Part shown: positions 19,732 to 29,510 of the stretch, piece after piece
Layout: the number at the start of each line of letters is the position of its first letter
Position numbering within the stretch: the first letter of the stretch is position 1
From: an uncultured Candidatus Binatia bacterium
GTDB lineage: Bacteria > Desulfobacterota > Binatia > UBA9968 > CAXXLF01
NCBI GenBank assembly: GCA_965218425.1
Contig: OZ244621.1
Coordinates: 2,944,001-3,008,000 of the forward strand
Reading direction: 5' to 3'
Length of the DNA stretch: 64,000 nt
Notes under the pieces: model-generated
Told to the model about the DNA's origin: nothing
The model's input: only the letters and a program-made list of their open reading frames with translations
The model's database searches: none
Made by a program: the position numbers and the translations under genes

Positions 19732-20232
19732 CTATTTTGCCAAGGACCACGAATCGTTTGGATCATCAATGGCCACTTGAGAGTGTGAAGGGTATTGGAG
19801 ATTAATACGTAGGATCACGAACATCGAAAGGGGGGCTGAAGGGGGTATGGACCTTCCCGTCAGCACTATTTTGGAGAGGTTCTTTTCGATGCACTGAACC
19901 GCTTCTTCTGCGTTGGCCGATTTGGCGATAAAGGGACGACCGGAAATCATTCCCTCTTCGTTTTTTGCCGCTGCCGCGATCAAGAAAACGATGGGGGTAT
20001 TCTTGAGAGTCTCATCTGCGATGATATTGGAGGCGATCTCGCCTCCATCCATATCGGGTATGACGATGTCGAGCAGGATAAGGTCTGGCTTAAATTTCTT
20101 GGCGGCTGCCAGTGCCATTTCACCTCGGTTCTCGTCTCTCACCTCGTAGGTGCCCGTTTTTTCCAGATAGAGCTTTAGCACGCGGGTAAAGCCTGGCTCG
20201 TCGTCGACAAGGAGGATCCGCTTTTTCGTCAT
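19732..20232 (-). CDS. Single-domain response regulator (REC), possibly degenerate
   Basis: ILLVDDE, PDLILLD (phospho-acceptor Asp), DMDG; the usual T/S and KP positions read FLIA and AKS; non-conserved-looking tail. Confidence 0.7.
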   Translation of the reverse strand: MTKKRILLVDDEPGFTRVLKLYLEKTGTYEVRDENRGEMALAAAKKFKPDLILLDIVIPDMDGGEIASNIIADETLKNTPIVFLIAAAAKNEEGMISGRPFIAKSANAEEAVQCIEKNLSKIVLTGRSIPPSAPLSMFVILRINLQYPSHSQVAIDDPNDSWSLAK

Positions 20233-20299
20233 TATGATGTCGCGTGCTGATGCGCGCGTCCCGGGCGTGTATGGATCGTTGGAAACCTAGGAGTAAGTG

Positions 20300-20315
20300 A
20301 GCACAAGTTGTGCCA
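20300..20315 (-). promoter_or_regulatory. Putative sigma54 (-24/-12) promoter of the response regulator
   Basis: TGGCAC-AACTT-GTGCT with correct GG/GC spacing, about 70 nt upstream of the ATG. Confidence 0.5.
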
Positions 20316-20546
20316 AATGGGGTGCCTCCCCGTGCCTGAAAAAAATATTGTTGGGCCGAAGGTTTCTTATGATGATCGACCCCAGGGTTCGTTGGTCCAC
20401 CAGGAACGCGGTTTCGAAACACTGCCCGGAGTGACGAATTTTGTCTCGATGGGTTGAGTGTGGTCTTGGATGTTTTTTGCAGGACTTACTTGGGGGAATC
20501 CTAGGGGGGCAAAACGGCCTGGGTAGCCGGTGACGCCGGCTTAGGA

Positions 20547-21284
20547 TTATTTACAAGCCGAGACAAATACGGAGAAGATTTTTCTTTGGGGGAGGTTTTT
20601 CTCCATGAGGTACTCGGGGTGCCACTGAACTCCGAGGACGAAGCGATGATCCTTGCTTTCAATGCCTTCGATGATTCCATCTTCCGCGGTGGCATTGACG
20701 ATTAAACCCTTGCCGGGTTCCTTGACCGCCTGGTGATGGGTGGTATTCACATTGATGGCTTTTCGGCCCACGATTCGATGAAGTTTCGTCTTAGGTAAAA
20801 TGGTGATGGAATGGCTGCTCTGGCTTTTTGGGGTTTTCTGCTCATGTTCTAGGGTATGGGGAACTTGCGTGGAGATATCCTGGTAAAGGGATCCGCCCAG
20901 AACCACGTTGATGGCCTGTTGGCCTGCGCACACCCCGAGGATCGGAAGGTCGCGCACCAGAGCCAAACCGATCAACTCAAGCTCAAATTGCGTTCGCTCT
21001 TTTTTTATCTCTCTAATCGACTCTAGGGGATTCTCGCCATACAAAATCGGATGGATGTCAAAGTTTCCTCCCGTCACCAGGATTCCATCGAGACCATCCA
21101 AGGCCCTTTTCAATGTTCTTCGTGAAAGAATAGGGGAGAGGACCATGGGGATCCCTCCCCCATTGAGGACCGCTTGGTCGTATCGATGTGACAAAAGGAG
21201 GTTCAAGTCGTTAAGATCGGCGCCGGTTTCACCGGTTCCGATGTCAGGTGTAACGCCAATGATGGGTTGTTCGCCCCGTTTCAC
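20547..21284 (-). CDS. Peptidase C26 / gamma-glutamyl-gamma-aminobutyrate hydrolase (PuuD-like)
   Basis: PIIGVT, LVTGG.DI.P..YG, LGVCAGQQ, HHQAV, GVQWHPE. Confidence 0.88.
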   Translation of the reverse strand: MKRGEQPIIGVTPDIGTGETGADLNDLNLLLSHRYDQAVLNGGGIPMVLSPILSRRTLKRALDGLDGILVTGGNFDIHPILYGENPLESIREIKKERTQFELELIGLALVRDLPILGVCAGQQAINVVLGGSLYQDISTQVPHTLEHEQKTPKSQSSHSITILPKTKLHRIVGRKAINVNTTHHQAVKEPGKGLIVNATAEDGIIEGIESKDHRFVLGVQWHPEYLMEKNLPQRKIFSVFVSACK

Positions 21285-21389
21285 TAGCAGGGTCCCTCTC
21301 GTTTGATGGTTGAGTTTCCCAAAAGAGTACGATGATCGATTGAACCCCCTATGAGCCGCCGCTGATGGCGTCAGGTTTAAGGGAGTCTT

Positions 21390-23429
21390 TCAAGGTTTGT
21401 TGTCATAGAGTTCTTTGTAGATCCAATAGTTGCGCAGGACGAGTTTTACGTAGCCGCGAGTTTCCCGATAGGGTATTCGCTCGATGAACTCCTCTTCATC
21501 CAGGGAAGCAAATCTTTTTTCCCAGCGATTCACAGGACGTCTGCCGGCATTATATGCGGCGAGGGCTTTTGCCAGGCTGTTTGGATACTTTTCACGGAGC
21601 CCCTTGAGGTGGTGAATTCCCAGCTTGAGATTCAAATCCGGGTCGAAGAATTTCTCCGGTCCGGAATACCTGAGGCCCATGTTCGCTGCTTCACGGCCGG
21701 CGGTCGAAGGGATAAGTTGCATCAGACCCAATGCGGACGCCGGAGAAACGGCGTCCGGATCAAAAAGGCTTTCCTGCCGGATCAGCGCCAAGATCAAATA
21801 GGGATCCAATCCTCTCTGTTCCGATTCTTTTTTTATGATGTCCCAATAGGCGAGCGGATAGCGATACCGTTTTGACTCTTTAGAGGACGCACCGAACTGT
21901 ATAGCCAAGGTGACGCTACGGTCGTAGCCTCTATTGCGCGCGTACTGCTCCATCAGCATCATCCTGAATTTAGAGTCCTTGCCGATCTGGTCTCTGACTC
22001 GATCCAATTCGGCCACTGCGAATCGATGGAGCGATAGTTCGGATAGCTTCTGCGCGCGCGAAAGATGAAAGGAAAGGTCTTCATTGGTTGGAACCGTGAG
22101 GTTGGGTGGAGGCTGACCGGTGAGCGGTTGTCTATTATCCACCAATTCTCCCAGCCTGAGCAGCGCCTTCCTTGAAGGGCCCTTGTAGTAAGTATCGCCG
22201 GTTCGACTCAAAATTCGCCGGTAAAAGCCTTTTGCCTCCTCTTGATTGCCCAAACGTTCGGCGGTTTTTGCCTGCCAGAAGCGGGCGCCGGTCCTGAAAT
22301 GCTCGGGGTACTTGCCCGTGGCGATAACTTTAAAAGCAGCGTGTGCCGCGTTGTAGTCTGCTGCGAGGTAATGAATCCAAGCCAATCTCCAGGCCGCCTG
22401 AGCCCGCCAACGACTGCGGGGGAATTTCCCAGGAAAATCGCGATAGATTCTTATGGCCTCGGATGGGACCTTTAGTGATTCGTAGATGCGACCTCTAGCG
22501 AATTCAGCGTGATCAATATTCGGGTTCTCCGGGTAACGCTCCCCCAGCTTTTTAAATCCGGTGAGGGCCTCCCGGTTCATGCCCTGATTCCAAAGGATTT
22601 CTGCGATGCGGTGGAAGGCATCGGAGGCTTGCGGTGTTTGTGGATACTCCCGCACCATCTGATTCAGAACTTCTTTTTCTTGATTCCTTTTGCGTGCCCT
22701 GCGGTACACCTCGGCGAGGCCCGTGAGGGAGGAAAGCCGGACGTTTTTACTTGAATCCTGACCTGGCAGGGCTCGGTAAATTTTTTCTGCTTCGGAGTAG
22801 TTCAGCTCACCCAGAAGGATTTCGGCCTCTCTTAATAAGGGACCGAGTTTCTTCGCTCCTAAGAGGTCTGGAAATTGTTTCCGGAGTTTTCGCGCCTCTT
22901 TTTTTGCCTTGCCGGCCCATGGGGATAGGGGGAAAGTGGCCCGTAATCTTTGGTAGGACTGGAAGGCAGGTTGTGGATCCCCTTGTTCCGCGTAGGTCTG
23001 GCCGAGGAGGTAAAGGGCCTCGGTGAACAACTGTTCTCCAACCTTTTTCGAGCCAAGGGAATTGAGTAACGCGACGGACTGATTAAGTTTCTTTTCTTTG
23101 AGGGCAATCTTTGCAAGATGGAAGTTTGTGTCGTGGAGCCAAACACTGCGGGGAAAATTATTTTTAAGCCGTCCAAAGTAGTCTCGAGCCTGGTCAAAGG
23201 AATCTTGGGAAAAGGAAATGAGCCCGAGAAAGTAGAGGTTGTAGTCTTCTAGAATGTTTTTTTGTTCCAGAGATTCTCGAAAGAGGGGCTCAGCTTCGGT
23301 GTGTTTTTCTTGCTCTAGAAGAACATAAGCTCTAGAGAATGGATCCTGCAGAGGGCTCGCTGCCGAGTCGATCAGGCCAGGATGTGTCAGCCAGAAAAGA
23401 TGGACGAGAAGGACCAACACCTTGTTCAT
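21390..23429 (-). CDS. slt: Soluble lytic murein transglycosylase with TPR repeats
   Basis: C-terminal SLT motifs IRQES, GLMQL, AAYNAG, ETRGYVK; helical TPR-like N-terminus; signal peptide. Confidence 0.88.
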   Translation of the reverse strand: MNKVLVLLVHLFWLTHPGLIDSAASPLQDPFSRAYVLLEQEKHTEAEPLFRESLEQKNILEDYNLYFLGLISFSQDSFDQARDYFGRLKNNFPRSVWLHDTNFHLAKIALKEKKLNQSVALLNSLGSKKVGEQLFTEALYLLGQTYAEQGDPQPAFQSYQRLRATFPLSPWAGKAKKEARKLRKQFPDLLGAKKLGPLLREAEILLGELNYSEAEKIYRALPGQDSSKNVRLSSLTGLAEVYRRARKRNQEKEVLNQMVREYPQTPQASDAFHRIAEILWNQGMNREALTGFKKLGERYPENPNIDHAEFARGRIYESLKVPSEAIRIYRDFPGKFPRSRWRAQAAWRLAWIHYLAADYNAAHAAFKVIATGKYPEHFRTGARFWQAKTAERLGNQEEAKGFYRRILSRTGDTYYKGPSRKALLRLGELVDNRQPLTGQPPPNLTVPTNEDLSFHLSRAQKLSELSLHRFAVAELDRVRDQIGKDSKFRMMLMEQYARNRGYDRSVTLAIQFGASSKESKRYRYPLAYWDIIKKESEQRGLDPYLILALIRQESLFDPDAVSPASALGLMQLIPSTAGREAANMGLRYSGPEKFFDPDLNLKLGIHHLKGLREKYPNSLAKALAAYNAGRRPVNRWEKRFASLDEEEFIERIPYRETRGYVKLVLRNYWIYKELYDNKP

Positions 23430-23521
23430 GACTTGATTAAAAGCTTAACGGAGTAACAGTAGGAATTCAACCCTGTGGAATGAATTACCTCGAAATTTAT
23501 GCTATGGGATTCCAAAGAGGC

Positions 23522-24220
23522 ATGGCAGTGGTGGATACGATTGCTGAGAATATCCGAAGAGTGATGGCAACCATTCACCGGGCGGCAGAGCGAAGTGGAA
23601 GAGAGCCTAATGAGATCAGGCTCCTGGCGGCCTCCAAGACGCAGGATGTCGAAAAGGTTCGAGCCGCCGCGGAGGCTGGGATTCGCCTCTTCGGAGAGAA
23701 CTATGTCCAGGAGGTGAAAGAAAAAAAGGATGCTCTCGGGGAATCCGTAGAGTGGCACATGATCGGCCATCTCCAAAGAAACAAATCTAAAGTAGCCATT
23801 GGATCGTTTTCTCTGATTCAATCTTTGGACGGCATCGAATTGGCTACGGTGCTGGACAAGGAGGGCAAGAAGTTGGGAAAGCAGGTGAGGGCTTTCGTGG
23901 AAGTCAATCTTGCCAAGGAAGAGTCAAAGAGTGGGGTGAGCGAGGAGGATCTGATGCCGCTGCTAAAAAAGGTGGGCACGTGCTCTCATTTAAAGGTGGA
24001 GGGGTTAATGGTTATTCCGCCTCCCCGAGAAGACCCCGAAGAGGCTCGTCCTTTTTTTCGGAAGTTACGAGAGTTGAAACAATCGTTGGAAAAATTAGCA
24101 ATTCCTAACGTGGACCTGAAAGAGCTTTCCATGGGTATGACCCATGATTTTCCCGTTGCCATAGAGGAGGGATCCACCATCGTTCGCGTCGGTACAGCCA
24201 TCTTTGGACAGAGGACATAG
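23522..24220 (+). CDS. yggS: PLP homeostasis protein YggS
   Basis: AASKT, FGENYVQE, HMIGHLQRNK, LSMGMT.D, VRVGTAIFG. Confidence 0.93.
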   Translation: MAVVDTIAENIRRVMATIHRAAERSGREPNEIRLLAASKTQDVEKVRAAAEAGIRLFGENYVQEVKEKKDALGESVEWHMIGHLQRNKSKVAIGSFSLIQSLDGIELATVLDKEGKKLGKQVRAFVEVNLAKEESKSGVSEEDLMPLLKKVGTCSHLKVEGLMVIPPPREDPEEARPFFRKLRELKQSLEKLAIPNVDLKELSMGMTHDFPVAIEEGSTIVRVGTAIFGQRT

Positions 24221-24232
24221 TAATAAAAGCAT

Positions 24233-24532
24233 ATGTTTTTGTTAGCGAATCTACTGGAGGCCCTGGCGGCGGTTCTAAACCTGTTCCTCACCCTGTACAT
24301 GTGGCTCATTATTGCCAGGGCAGTGGTTTCCTGGGTAAGTCCGGACCCCTACAACACCATCGTGCGAATCCTCTACCTCACCACCGAACCCGTGCTTTAC
24401 CGGGTGCGACGGGCCTTCCCCCTAAATGCCGGGGGAATTGATTTCTCTCCTATTATTGTTTTTGTGGTCATCATTTTTCTTCAACGTTTCCTCGTGCAGT
24501 CCCTCTACGACATGGCCGGTACGCTTAAATAA
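24233..24532 (+). CDS. yggT: YggT family membrane protein
   Basis: VSWVSPDPYN..V..L...TEP.L, GGIDFSP; follows yggS. Confidence 0.9.
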   Translation: MFLLANLLEALAAVLNLFLTLYMWLIIARAVVSWVSPDPYNTIVRILYLTTEPVLYRVRRAFPLNAGGIDFSPIIVFVVIIFLQRFLVQSLYDMAGTLK

Positions 24533-24559
24533 AGAGTTGGCAGGACGCAGTAGGCAGCG

Positions 24560-24632
24560 GGCAATGAGTCTTTGAATATCTGAGGCTTAACGTTCGATGC
24601 CCGCGCCCTTCACCCTCATTCCCCTCGTCGAA
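24560..24632. repeat. Dispersed repeat family, partial copy B
   Basis: GAATATCTGAGGCTTAACGTTCGATGCCCGCGCCCTTCACCCTCATTCCCCTCGTCG matches the core of copies A and C. Confidence 0.8.
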
Positions 24633-24750
24633 GCTTGAGTTTCCGCCGACCACGGCTCAGGCCGTAGTCAGTCAGCTCTCTTTTGGTTCCAGGCCCCTGA
24701 GGTCGTCGCAGTGAGAAATATAAAATTTAAGGTTGTGGGGGGAAAAGATT

Positions 24751-24837
24751 TGGTGCGAGGAGGGGGACTTGAACCCCCACGCCATCGCTGGCACTAGCCC
24801 CTCAAACTAGCGCGTCTGCCGGTTCCGCCATCCTCGC
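24751..24837 (-). tRNA. tRNA-Leu (GAG)
   Basis: GCGAGGA acceptor stem, anticodon loop TTGAGGG, long variable arm, GGTTCAAGTCC T-arm, encoded CCA; usual position after secG. Confidence 0.95.
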
Positions 24838-24887
24838 ATGTACAAGCCAACAGGTAGGTTAGGATTTTATACTGCCAAAGCCCGAGG

Positions 24888-25250
24888 TCAAGGGCCAGGA
24901 GGTTCCGTTTTGACTGGTTGCGGGGCAGAGGCCGCCGGTGTATCCGCCTTCTCCTGGGTAGTCGTTGGTGGGGCTTGCTGGCCAGCGGGGGGAGAAATGG
25001 AGTCGAAGATACTGGAGGTGGGTGCCTTGCCGGTAAAATATCCCAGGGTGAGCGACGTCAGCATGAAAACAATTGCCATTGCGGTAGTGAGGCGGGTTAA
25101 GAAGTTTCCAGCCCCGCTACTCCCAAAGATAGTAGAGCTGGATCCTCCAAACACGGCCCCCATTTCCGCTCCTCTGCCAGTCTGTATGAGCACAACCAAA
25201 ATCAATCCTAAGCTCACGATGATATGAACCGCAACAATGAAGGTAATCAC
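24888..25250 (-). CDS. secG: Preprotein translocase subunit SecG
   Basis: LIQTGRGAEMGAVFGG...FLTRLT; downstream of tpiA. Confidence 0.93.
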   Translation of the reverse strand: MITFIVAVHIIVSLGLILVVLIQTGRGAEMGAVFGGSSSTIFGSSGAGNFLTRLTTAMAIVFMLTSLTLGYFTGKAPTSSIFDSISPPAGQQAPPTTTQEKADTPAASAPQPVKTEPPGP

Positions 25251-25262
25251 TTTTTTTGCTCC

Positions 25263-26039
25263 CTAGACTCCACCCGTCTTTACCTCAGAAAAACCGCGAA
25301 TGATCTTCAGGAAATCAATTGCTTTGAGGCTTGCGCCGCCTACCAGAAGGCCGTTCACGTCTGATTCTCTTGCCAGCTCCGCTGTGTTTTCTGGCCGTAC
25401 GCTACCACCATAAAGGAGTCGATTGTCCATGACGTTGTTTTTTCCAAACGGCTGACTCATGCAATTTCGAATCCACTGGTGGGCTTCCCTAACCTGGGCC
25501 GCTGTGGCGTGATGACCTGTGCCGATGGCCCAGACAGGTTCATAAGCGATTGTGATTTTGTCTATAGCATTTTTCCCTACTCCCTTCAACGCGGCTTGAA
25601 TTTGACGGGAGAGGACGGTTTGCATCTTTCCATTCTTTCGTTCTTTTAGGGTCTCGCCGACGCAAAGGATTGGTAAAAGCGCCGTGTTCAGCGCCGCTAG
25701 TATCTTTTTTGCAACCATCACGTCGCTTTCAAGGAATATATGACGCCGTTCTGAATGACCGATGATGACATATTTACAACCAGACTCCTTGATCATCTTT
25801 GGGCTGATCTCGCCGGTGAAGGCGCCCGATTCCGCCCAGTGGACGTTTTGAGCGGCGAGCCGGATTTTTGATGTTTTGGTTATTCCGGCCACGGTGGCCA
25901 AGGCAGTGAAGGGTGGGGTCAACACCACCTCCACGCGACGAACATTTTTCATCCCACGGTAAACCCCCCGAGCGAGCCTAAGGGATTCGGCCGCGGTACC
26001 GTTCATTTTCCAATTACCTACCACCAGCGGCGTTTTCAT
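25263..26039 (-). CDS. tpiA: Triosephosphate isomerase
   Basis: GNWKMN, GHSERR, AYEPVWAIGTG, YGGSV, LVGGASL; true start at MKTPL (26039). Confidence 0.96.
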   Translation of the reverse strand: MKTPLVVGNWKMNGTAAESLRLARGVYRGMKNVRRVEVVLTPPFTALATVAGITKTSKIRLAAQNVHWAESGAFTGEISPKMIKESGCKYVIIGHSERRHIFLESDVMVAKKILAALNTALLPILCVGETLKERKNGKMQTVLSRQIQAALKGVGKNAIDKITIAYEPVWAIGTGHHATAAQVREAHQWIRNCMSQPFGKNNVMDNRLLYGGSVRPENTAELARESDVNGLLVGGASLKAIDFLKIIRGFSEVKTGGV

Positions 26040-27217
26040 GAATTTCCTTCCAGTGCGAGGACGCCGGGGAGGCTTTTCCCCTCGAGAAACTCCAGAGTGG
26101 CTCCACCGCCGGTTGAGAGATGGGTCATCTTGTCCGCCACCCCGGCCTTTGCAACGGCCGCCACAGTGTCCCCTCCGGCTATAATACTGATGGCGCCACA
26201 TCCCGCTAAGGATCGTGCTACGGCTAGCGTTCCGCCGCTGAATGGCTCGTTTTCAAACAGGCCCAAGGGACCGTTCCAAAGCACGGTCTTGGATTCGCCA
26301 ATGGCTTGGACGAAAGAGGCGACGGTCTTTGGACCGATGTCCAATCCCATGGAGTCTTCAGGAATGTTCAGCCCTAAGACTACAGTCCCATGGCCGCTCT
26401 CGGGCTCATCTGTAACCACGTGATCTGTGGGGAGGAGAAAGCGAACCTTTCGATCCGCTGCCTGCTCCATGAGATCCTTTGCCAGGCAGAGACGGTCGTT
26501 TTCCACCAGGGACTTGCCAATGGCTGCGCCTCGGGCCTTTAGGAACGTGTAGGCCATGCCTCCGCCTATAATAAAGCTATCCACCTTCGGGAGCAGGTTC
26601 CGTATGACTCCAATCTTGTCGGAGACCTTGGCTCCGCCAAGGATTGCACTGAAGGGTCTACTGGGTGAAGCGAGTACGCCGCCTAAATAATCCAGCTCTT
26701 TTTTAAAAAGAACCCCCGCTGCTTTTTCATGAAAGAATTTAACCATACCCTCCGTGGAGGCGTGGGCCCGATGGGCGGTCCCGAAGGCGTCGTTTACGTA
26801 TACCTCGGCCAGCGAAGCGAGGGCCTTTGAAAAGTCCGGATCATTGGCTTCTTCCTCGGGGTGAAAACGCAAGTTTTCTAACAAGACCACTTTTGGCCTG
26901 GCTGCGTCAGCCACCGCCTTCTCGACTTGGGGGCCGATACAATCCGCCGCCCATGCTACAGGTGAATCGAGTGCGTTTTCCAAATAATCTCGAACCGGAG
27001 CCAGACTCCATTGAGCCGCAATTTTGCCCCCGGGTCTTCCCATATGAGAGGCTACGATAATTTTTTTCGCTTGAGCTACGAGGAATTGCAGTGTGGGAAG
27101 CGTGCTGTCGATGCGGTGCGTTTCAGAGATTTTTCCATTCTTGAGAGGAACGTTGAAATCCACTCGCACAAAAATATTTTTATCCTTGAGACTGAGCCCT
27201 TCGAGAGCGTGAATCAT
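26036..27217 (-). CDS. pgk: Phosphoglycerate kinase
   Basis: RVDFNVP, LENLRF, DAFGTAHRAHAS, GGAKVSDK, STGGGA. Confidence 0.97.
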   Translation of the reverse strand: MIHALEGLSLKDKNIFVRVDFNVPLKNGKISETHRIDSTLPTLQFLVAQAKKIIVASHMGRPGGKIAAQWSLAPVRDYLENALDSPVAWAADCIGPQVEKAVADAARPKVVLLENLRFHPEEEANDPDFSKALASLAEVYVNDAFGTAHRAHASTEGMVKFFHEKAAGVLFKKELDYLGGVLASPSRPFSAILGGAKVSDKIGVIRNLLPKVDSFIIGGGMAYTFLKARGAAIGKSLVENDRLCLAKDLMEQAADRKVRFLLPTDHVVTDEPESGHGTVVLGLNIPEDSMGLDIGPKTVASFVQAIGESKTVLWNGPLGLFENEPFSGGTLAVARSLAGCGAISIIAGGDTVAAVAKAGVADKMTHLSTGGGATLEFLEGKSLPGVLALEGNS

Positions 27218-27266
27218 ACTCGAACTCTTCCTGCTTGAAGCGTTTGATTTGTTCCACGACGGATTA

Positions 27267-27294
27267 TTGATTGACTAACTACAGCGATTATAAT
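27267..27294 (+). promoter_or_regulatory. Putative sigma70 promoter of the tol-pal operon
   Basis: TTGATT-N16-TATAAT upstream of tolQ. Confidence 0.45.
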
Positions 27295-27324
27295 ACTTTT
27301 TCAATTGATTTGTTGGAATTCGTT

Positions 27325-28065
27325 ATGCCTTCCTTTTCGTCTATTCAACTTTTTGCGCAGACAGGCTTGTCAGCGACCCAGGAACAGGGGATCTGGGATC
27401 TAGTGGCGGGATCGGGACCCGTCGTTCAGATGGTCCTTTATATTCTGGTGCTCTTTTCAGTGGTCAGCTGGGGAATTATGTTCTACAAGTTCCGCCAGGT
27501 CCGTGCGGCAAGAATGCAATCAGAGAGGTTCATTGCTATCTTCTGGGACAGCAAGGATCTCTCCACCATCCATGAAACGAGTACGGAGTTGATCATGAGT
27601 CCCGTGGCGCAGGTCTTCCGCGCTGGATATGAAGAGATGCTGCGGTTTTCCCGTATAAAAGACGAGAAATCTCAAGGGGAAAAAATAACAACGGAGTTAG
27701 GAGGTGTGGAAAACGTGGGTCGAGCCATGAAGCGGGCCACCACTGTGGAGATCACAAAGCTCGAAAAAGCTTTGATCTTTCTTGCTACAACTTCCGGAAC
27801 CACGCCGTTTATAGGGTTGTTCGGTACCGTTTGGGGAATTATGAATGCATTTCGGGGCCTCAGCGCGACCCACACCTCTAGCATTCAAGCTGTTGCTCCC
27901 GGCATTGCGGAGGCTCTTGTCGCTACCGCCGCCGGATTGGCCGCTGCCATTCCCGCCCTCATGGCCTACAATCATTTTGCCCAGAAAATCAGAGTTCTCA
28001 CTTCCGACATGGACAACTTCTCCCATGAGTTTTTGAACATAGCAGAGCGACACTTCGTCGCATAA
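27325..28065 (+). CDS. tolQ: TolQ
   Basis: PFIGLFGTVWGIM, APGIAEALVATAAGL; first gene of the tol-pal cluster. Confidence 0.92.
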   Translation: MPSFSSIQLFAQTGLSATQEQGIWDLVAGSGPVVQMVLYILVLFSVVSWGIMFYKFRQVRAARMQSERFIAIFWDSKDLSTIHETSTELIMSPVAQVFRAGYEEMLRFSRIKDEKSQGEKITTELGGVENVGRAMKRATTVEITKLEKALIFLATTSGTTPFIGLFGTVWGIMNAFRGLSATHTSSIQAVAPGIAEALVATAAGLAAAIPALMAYNHFAQKIRVLTSDMDNFSHEFLNIAERHFVA

Positions 28066-28111
28066 CTTGATTTCATCACATAATTTGTAAGGATTAGAAA
28101 GGGAGTTGAGT

Positions 28112-28534
28112 ATGGCTACCGATTTTTCCTCCCGGCGAGATGGAACCGCCATTTCGCAAATTAACGTAACACCCTTTGTTGACGTAATGCTGGTACTCCT
28201 GGTGATTTTCATGGTCACGGCACCCATCCTCCAGCAGGGGGTGCAGGTGAACTTGCCGGAGGCCAAGGCCGGAGCCGTTGCGGGGAAGGACGAACCCTTG
28301 GTGGTGTCCATTACGGAGAAGGGAAAGGTCTACCTCAATGATAATCAGATCAGGCTAGCTGAACTGAAAATAAAGCTTCAAGCCATTAGACAGATCCAGA
28401 AAGGCAAGGAGGTGTTCCTTAGGGCAGACAGAAGCGTTCCCTACGGAGTGGTTATGAAGGCCATTGCAACAATAAAAGAAGCAGGTATCGTTAAACTTGG
28501 AATGATTACCCAACCTCCACCCACCAGGAGCTAG
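28112..28534 (+). CDS. tolR: TolR
   Basis: INVTPFVDVMLVLLVIFMVTAP, RAD..VPYG.V. Confidence 0.92.
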   Translation: MATDFSSRRDGTAISQINVTPFVDVMLVLLVIFMVTAPILQQGVQVNLPEAKAGAVAGKDEPLVVSITEKGKVYLNDNQIRLAELKIKLQAIRQIQKGKEVFLRADRSVPYGVVMKAIATIKEAGIVKLGMITQPPPTRS

Positions 28535-28537
28535 GCT

Positions 28538-29506
28538 GTGCTATTCCGATCTCTGCTGAATGAAGAAGGGGAGCAAGAGGAAGCCTCACTTCCCCCTTCA
28601 TCTGAAGATGAAAAGGGTGGATTGTGGCGGTGGATCCTCTTTTCTGGAGCCCTCCACTTCGCTATCGTTGCGATATTCCTGCTGGTGCCCCACACTCCTT
28701 TTTCAAGGACCATAAGCTATCCGGTTTATACGGTTGAATTGGTGGGGGGAGAAAAAATCGGCGGTGGTACCCAGGTCGCTGCCGTCAAAACACCGCCCGC
28801 CACAAAGAAAAAAGCCAAGCCGGTCAAGACCCAACCAACTAAGGTTAAAAAGAAGGCCGCTCCGCCGCCTGTAAAAGTAAAAAAAACAGCAAAGAGAATA
28901 GACGCACCGGCGGTGAAACTCGTTAAAAAGCCAATAAAACGGAAAAAGCTAGGAAAAAAGGTCACTCGGAGGCCAACTCGAAAAGTGCATAACAGAATCA
29001 TCAGCGCGGAAATAAAAAAAACCGAAAGAACCCCAGAGAAGGAAGGAATCTCTGAGCAAGCCCGTGAAAAAATGATCCTGGCGGCCGTGGAAAGAGTTAA
29101 ACTACGGGCCGAGACACAACGGGCGAAAAAAGAGAAATCCGGTGCCATGGGGGATCCGAAATCAGGTGGAGGGGCAGTTGGGCCTGGGAAAAACGGTCGT
29201 GGCGGTGGACTCCTTAAGGGATTTGAGTTCTTGGTCTATCGGAACAGAATGCTACACTTGATCAAGGAGCAGTGGACATGGGTGGGGAAGTTATCTGATT
29301 TGGAAGTTACCGTCCGATTTGGAATTCTGGAGAATGGCGAAGTGAATGGGCTCCGGGTGGTTGAGGCCTCTGGAGATCCTACCTATGACGATTCCGTGCT
29401 GCGGGCTATGCGAAAGGCCGCCCCTTTGCCGCCGCCTCCGGATGATTATCGTAAGGACTTTATGAACGTGGAGTTGACATTCCGACTGAAAGATTTGAGA
29501 GGGTAG
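28538..29506 (+). CDS. tolA: TolA/TonB-family protein
   Basis: TM anchor S-x3-H (SGALH), Lys/Pro-rich linker, C-terminal SGD.TYD.SV.RA...PLPPPP; position between tolR and tolB. Confidence 0.85.
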   Translation: MLFRSLLNEEGEQEEASLPPSSEDEKGGLWRWILFSGALHFAIVAIFLLVPHTPFSRTISYPVYTVELVGGEKIGGGTQVAAVKTPPATKKKAKPVKTQPTKVKKKAAPPPVKVKKTAKRIDAPAVKLVKKPIKRKKLGKKVTRRPTRKVHNRIISAEIKKTERTPEKEGISEQAREKMILAAVERVKLRAETQRAKKEKSGAMGDPKSGGGAVGPGKNGRGGGLLKGFEFLVYRNRMLHLIKEQWTWVGKLSDLEVTVRFGILENGEVNGLRVVEASGDPTYDDSVLRAMRKAAPLPPPPDDYRKDFMNVELTFRLKDLRG

Positions 29507-29510
29507 AAGC

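Noticed and set aside
24700..24837. Integrated prophage or island at tRNA-Leu
   Set aside because: No integrase, no duplicated tRNA 3' end found in the window, and the flanking genes are core
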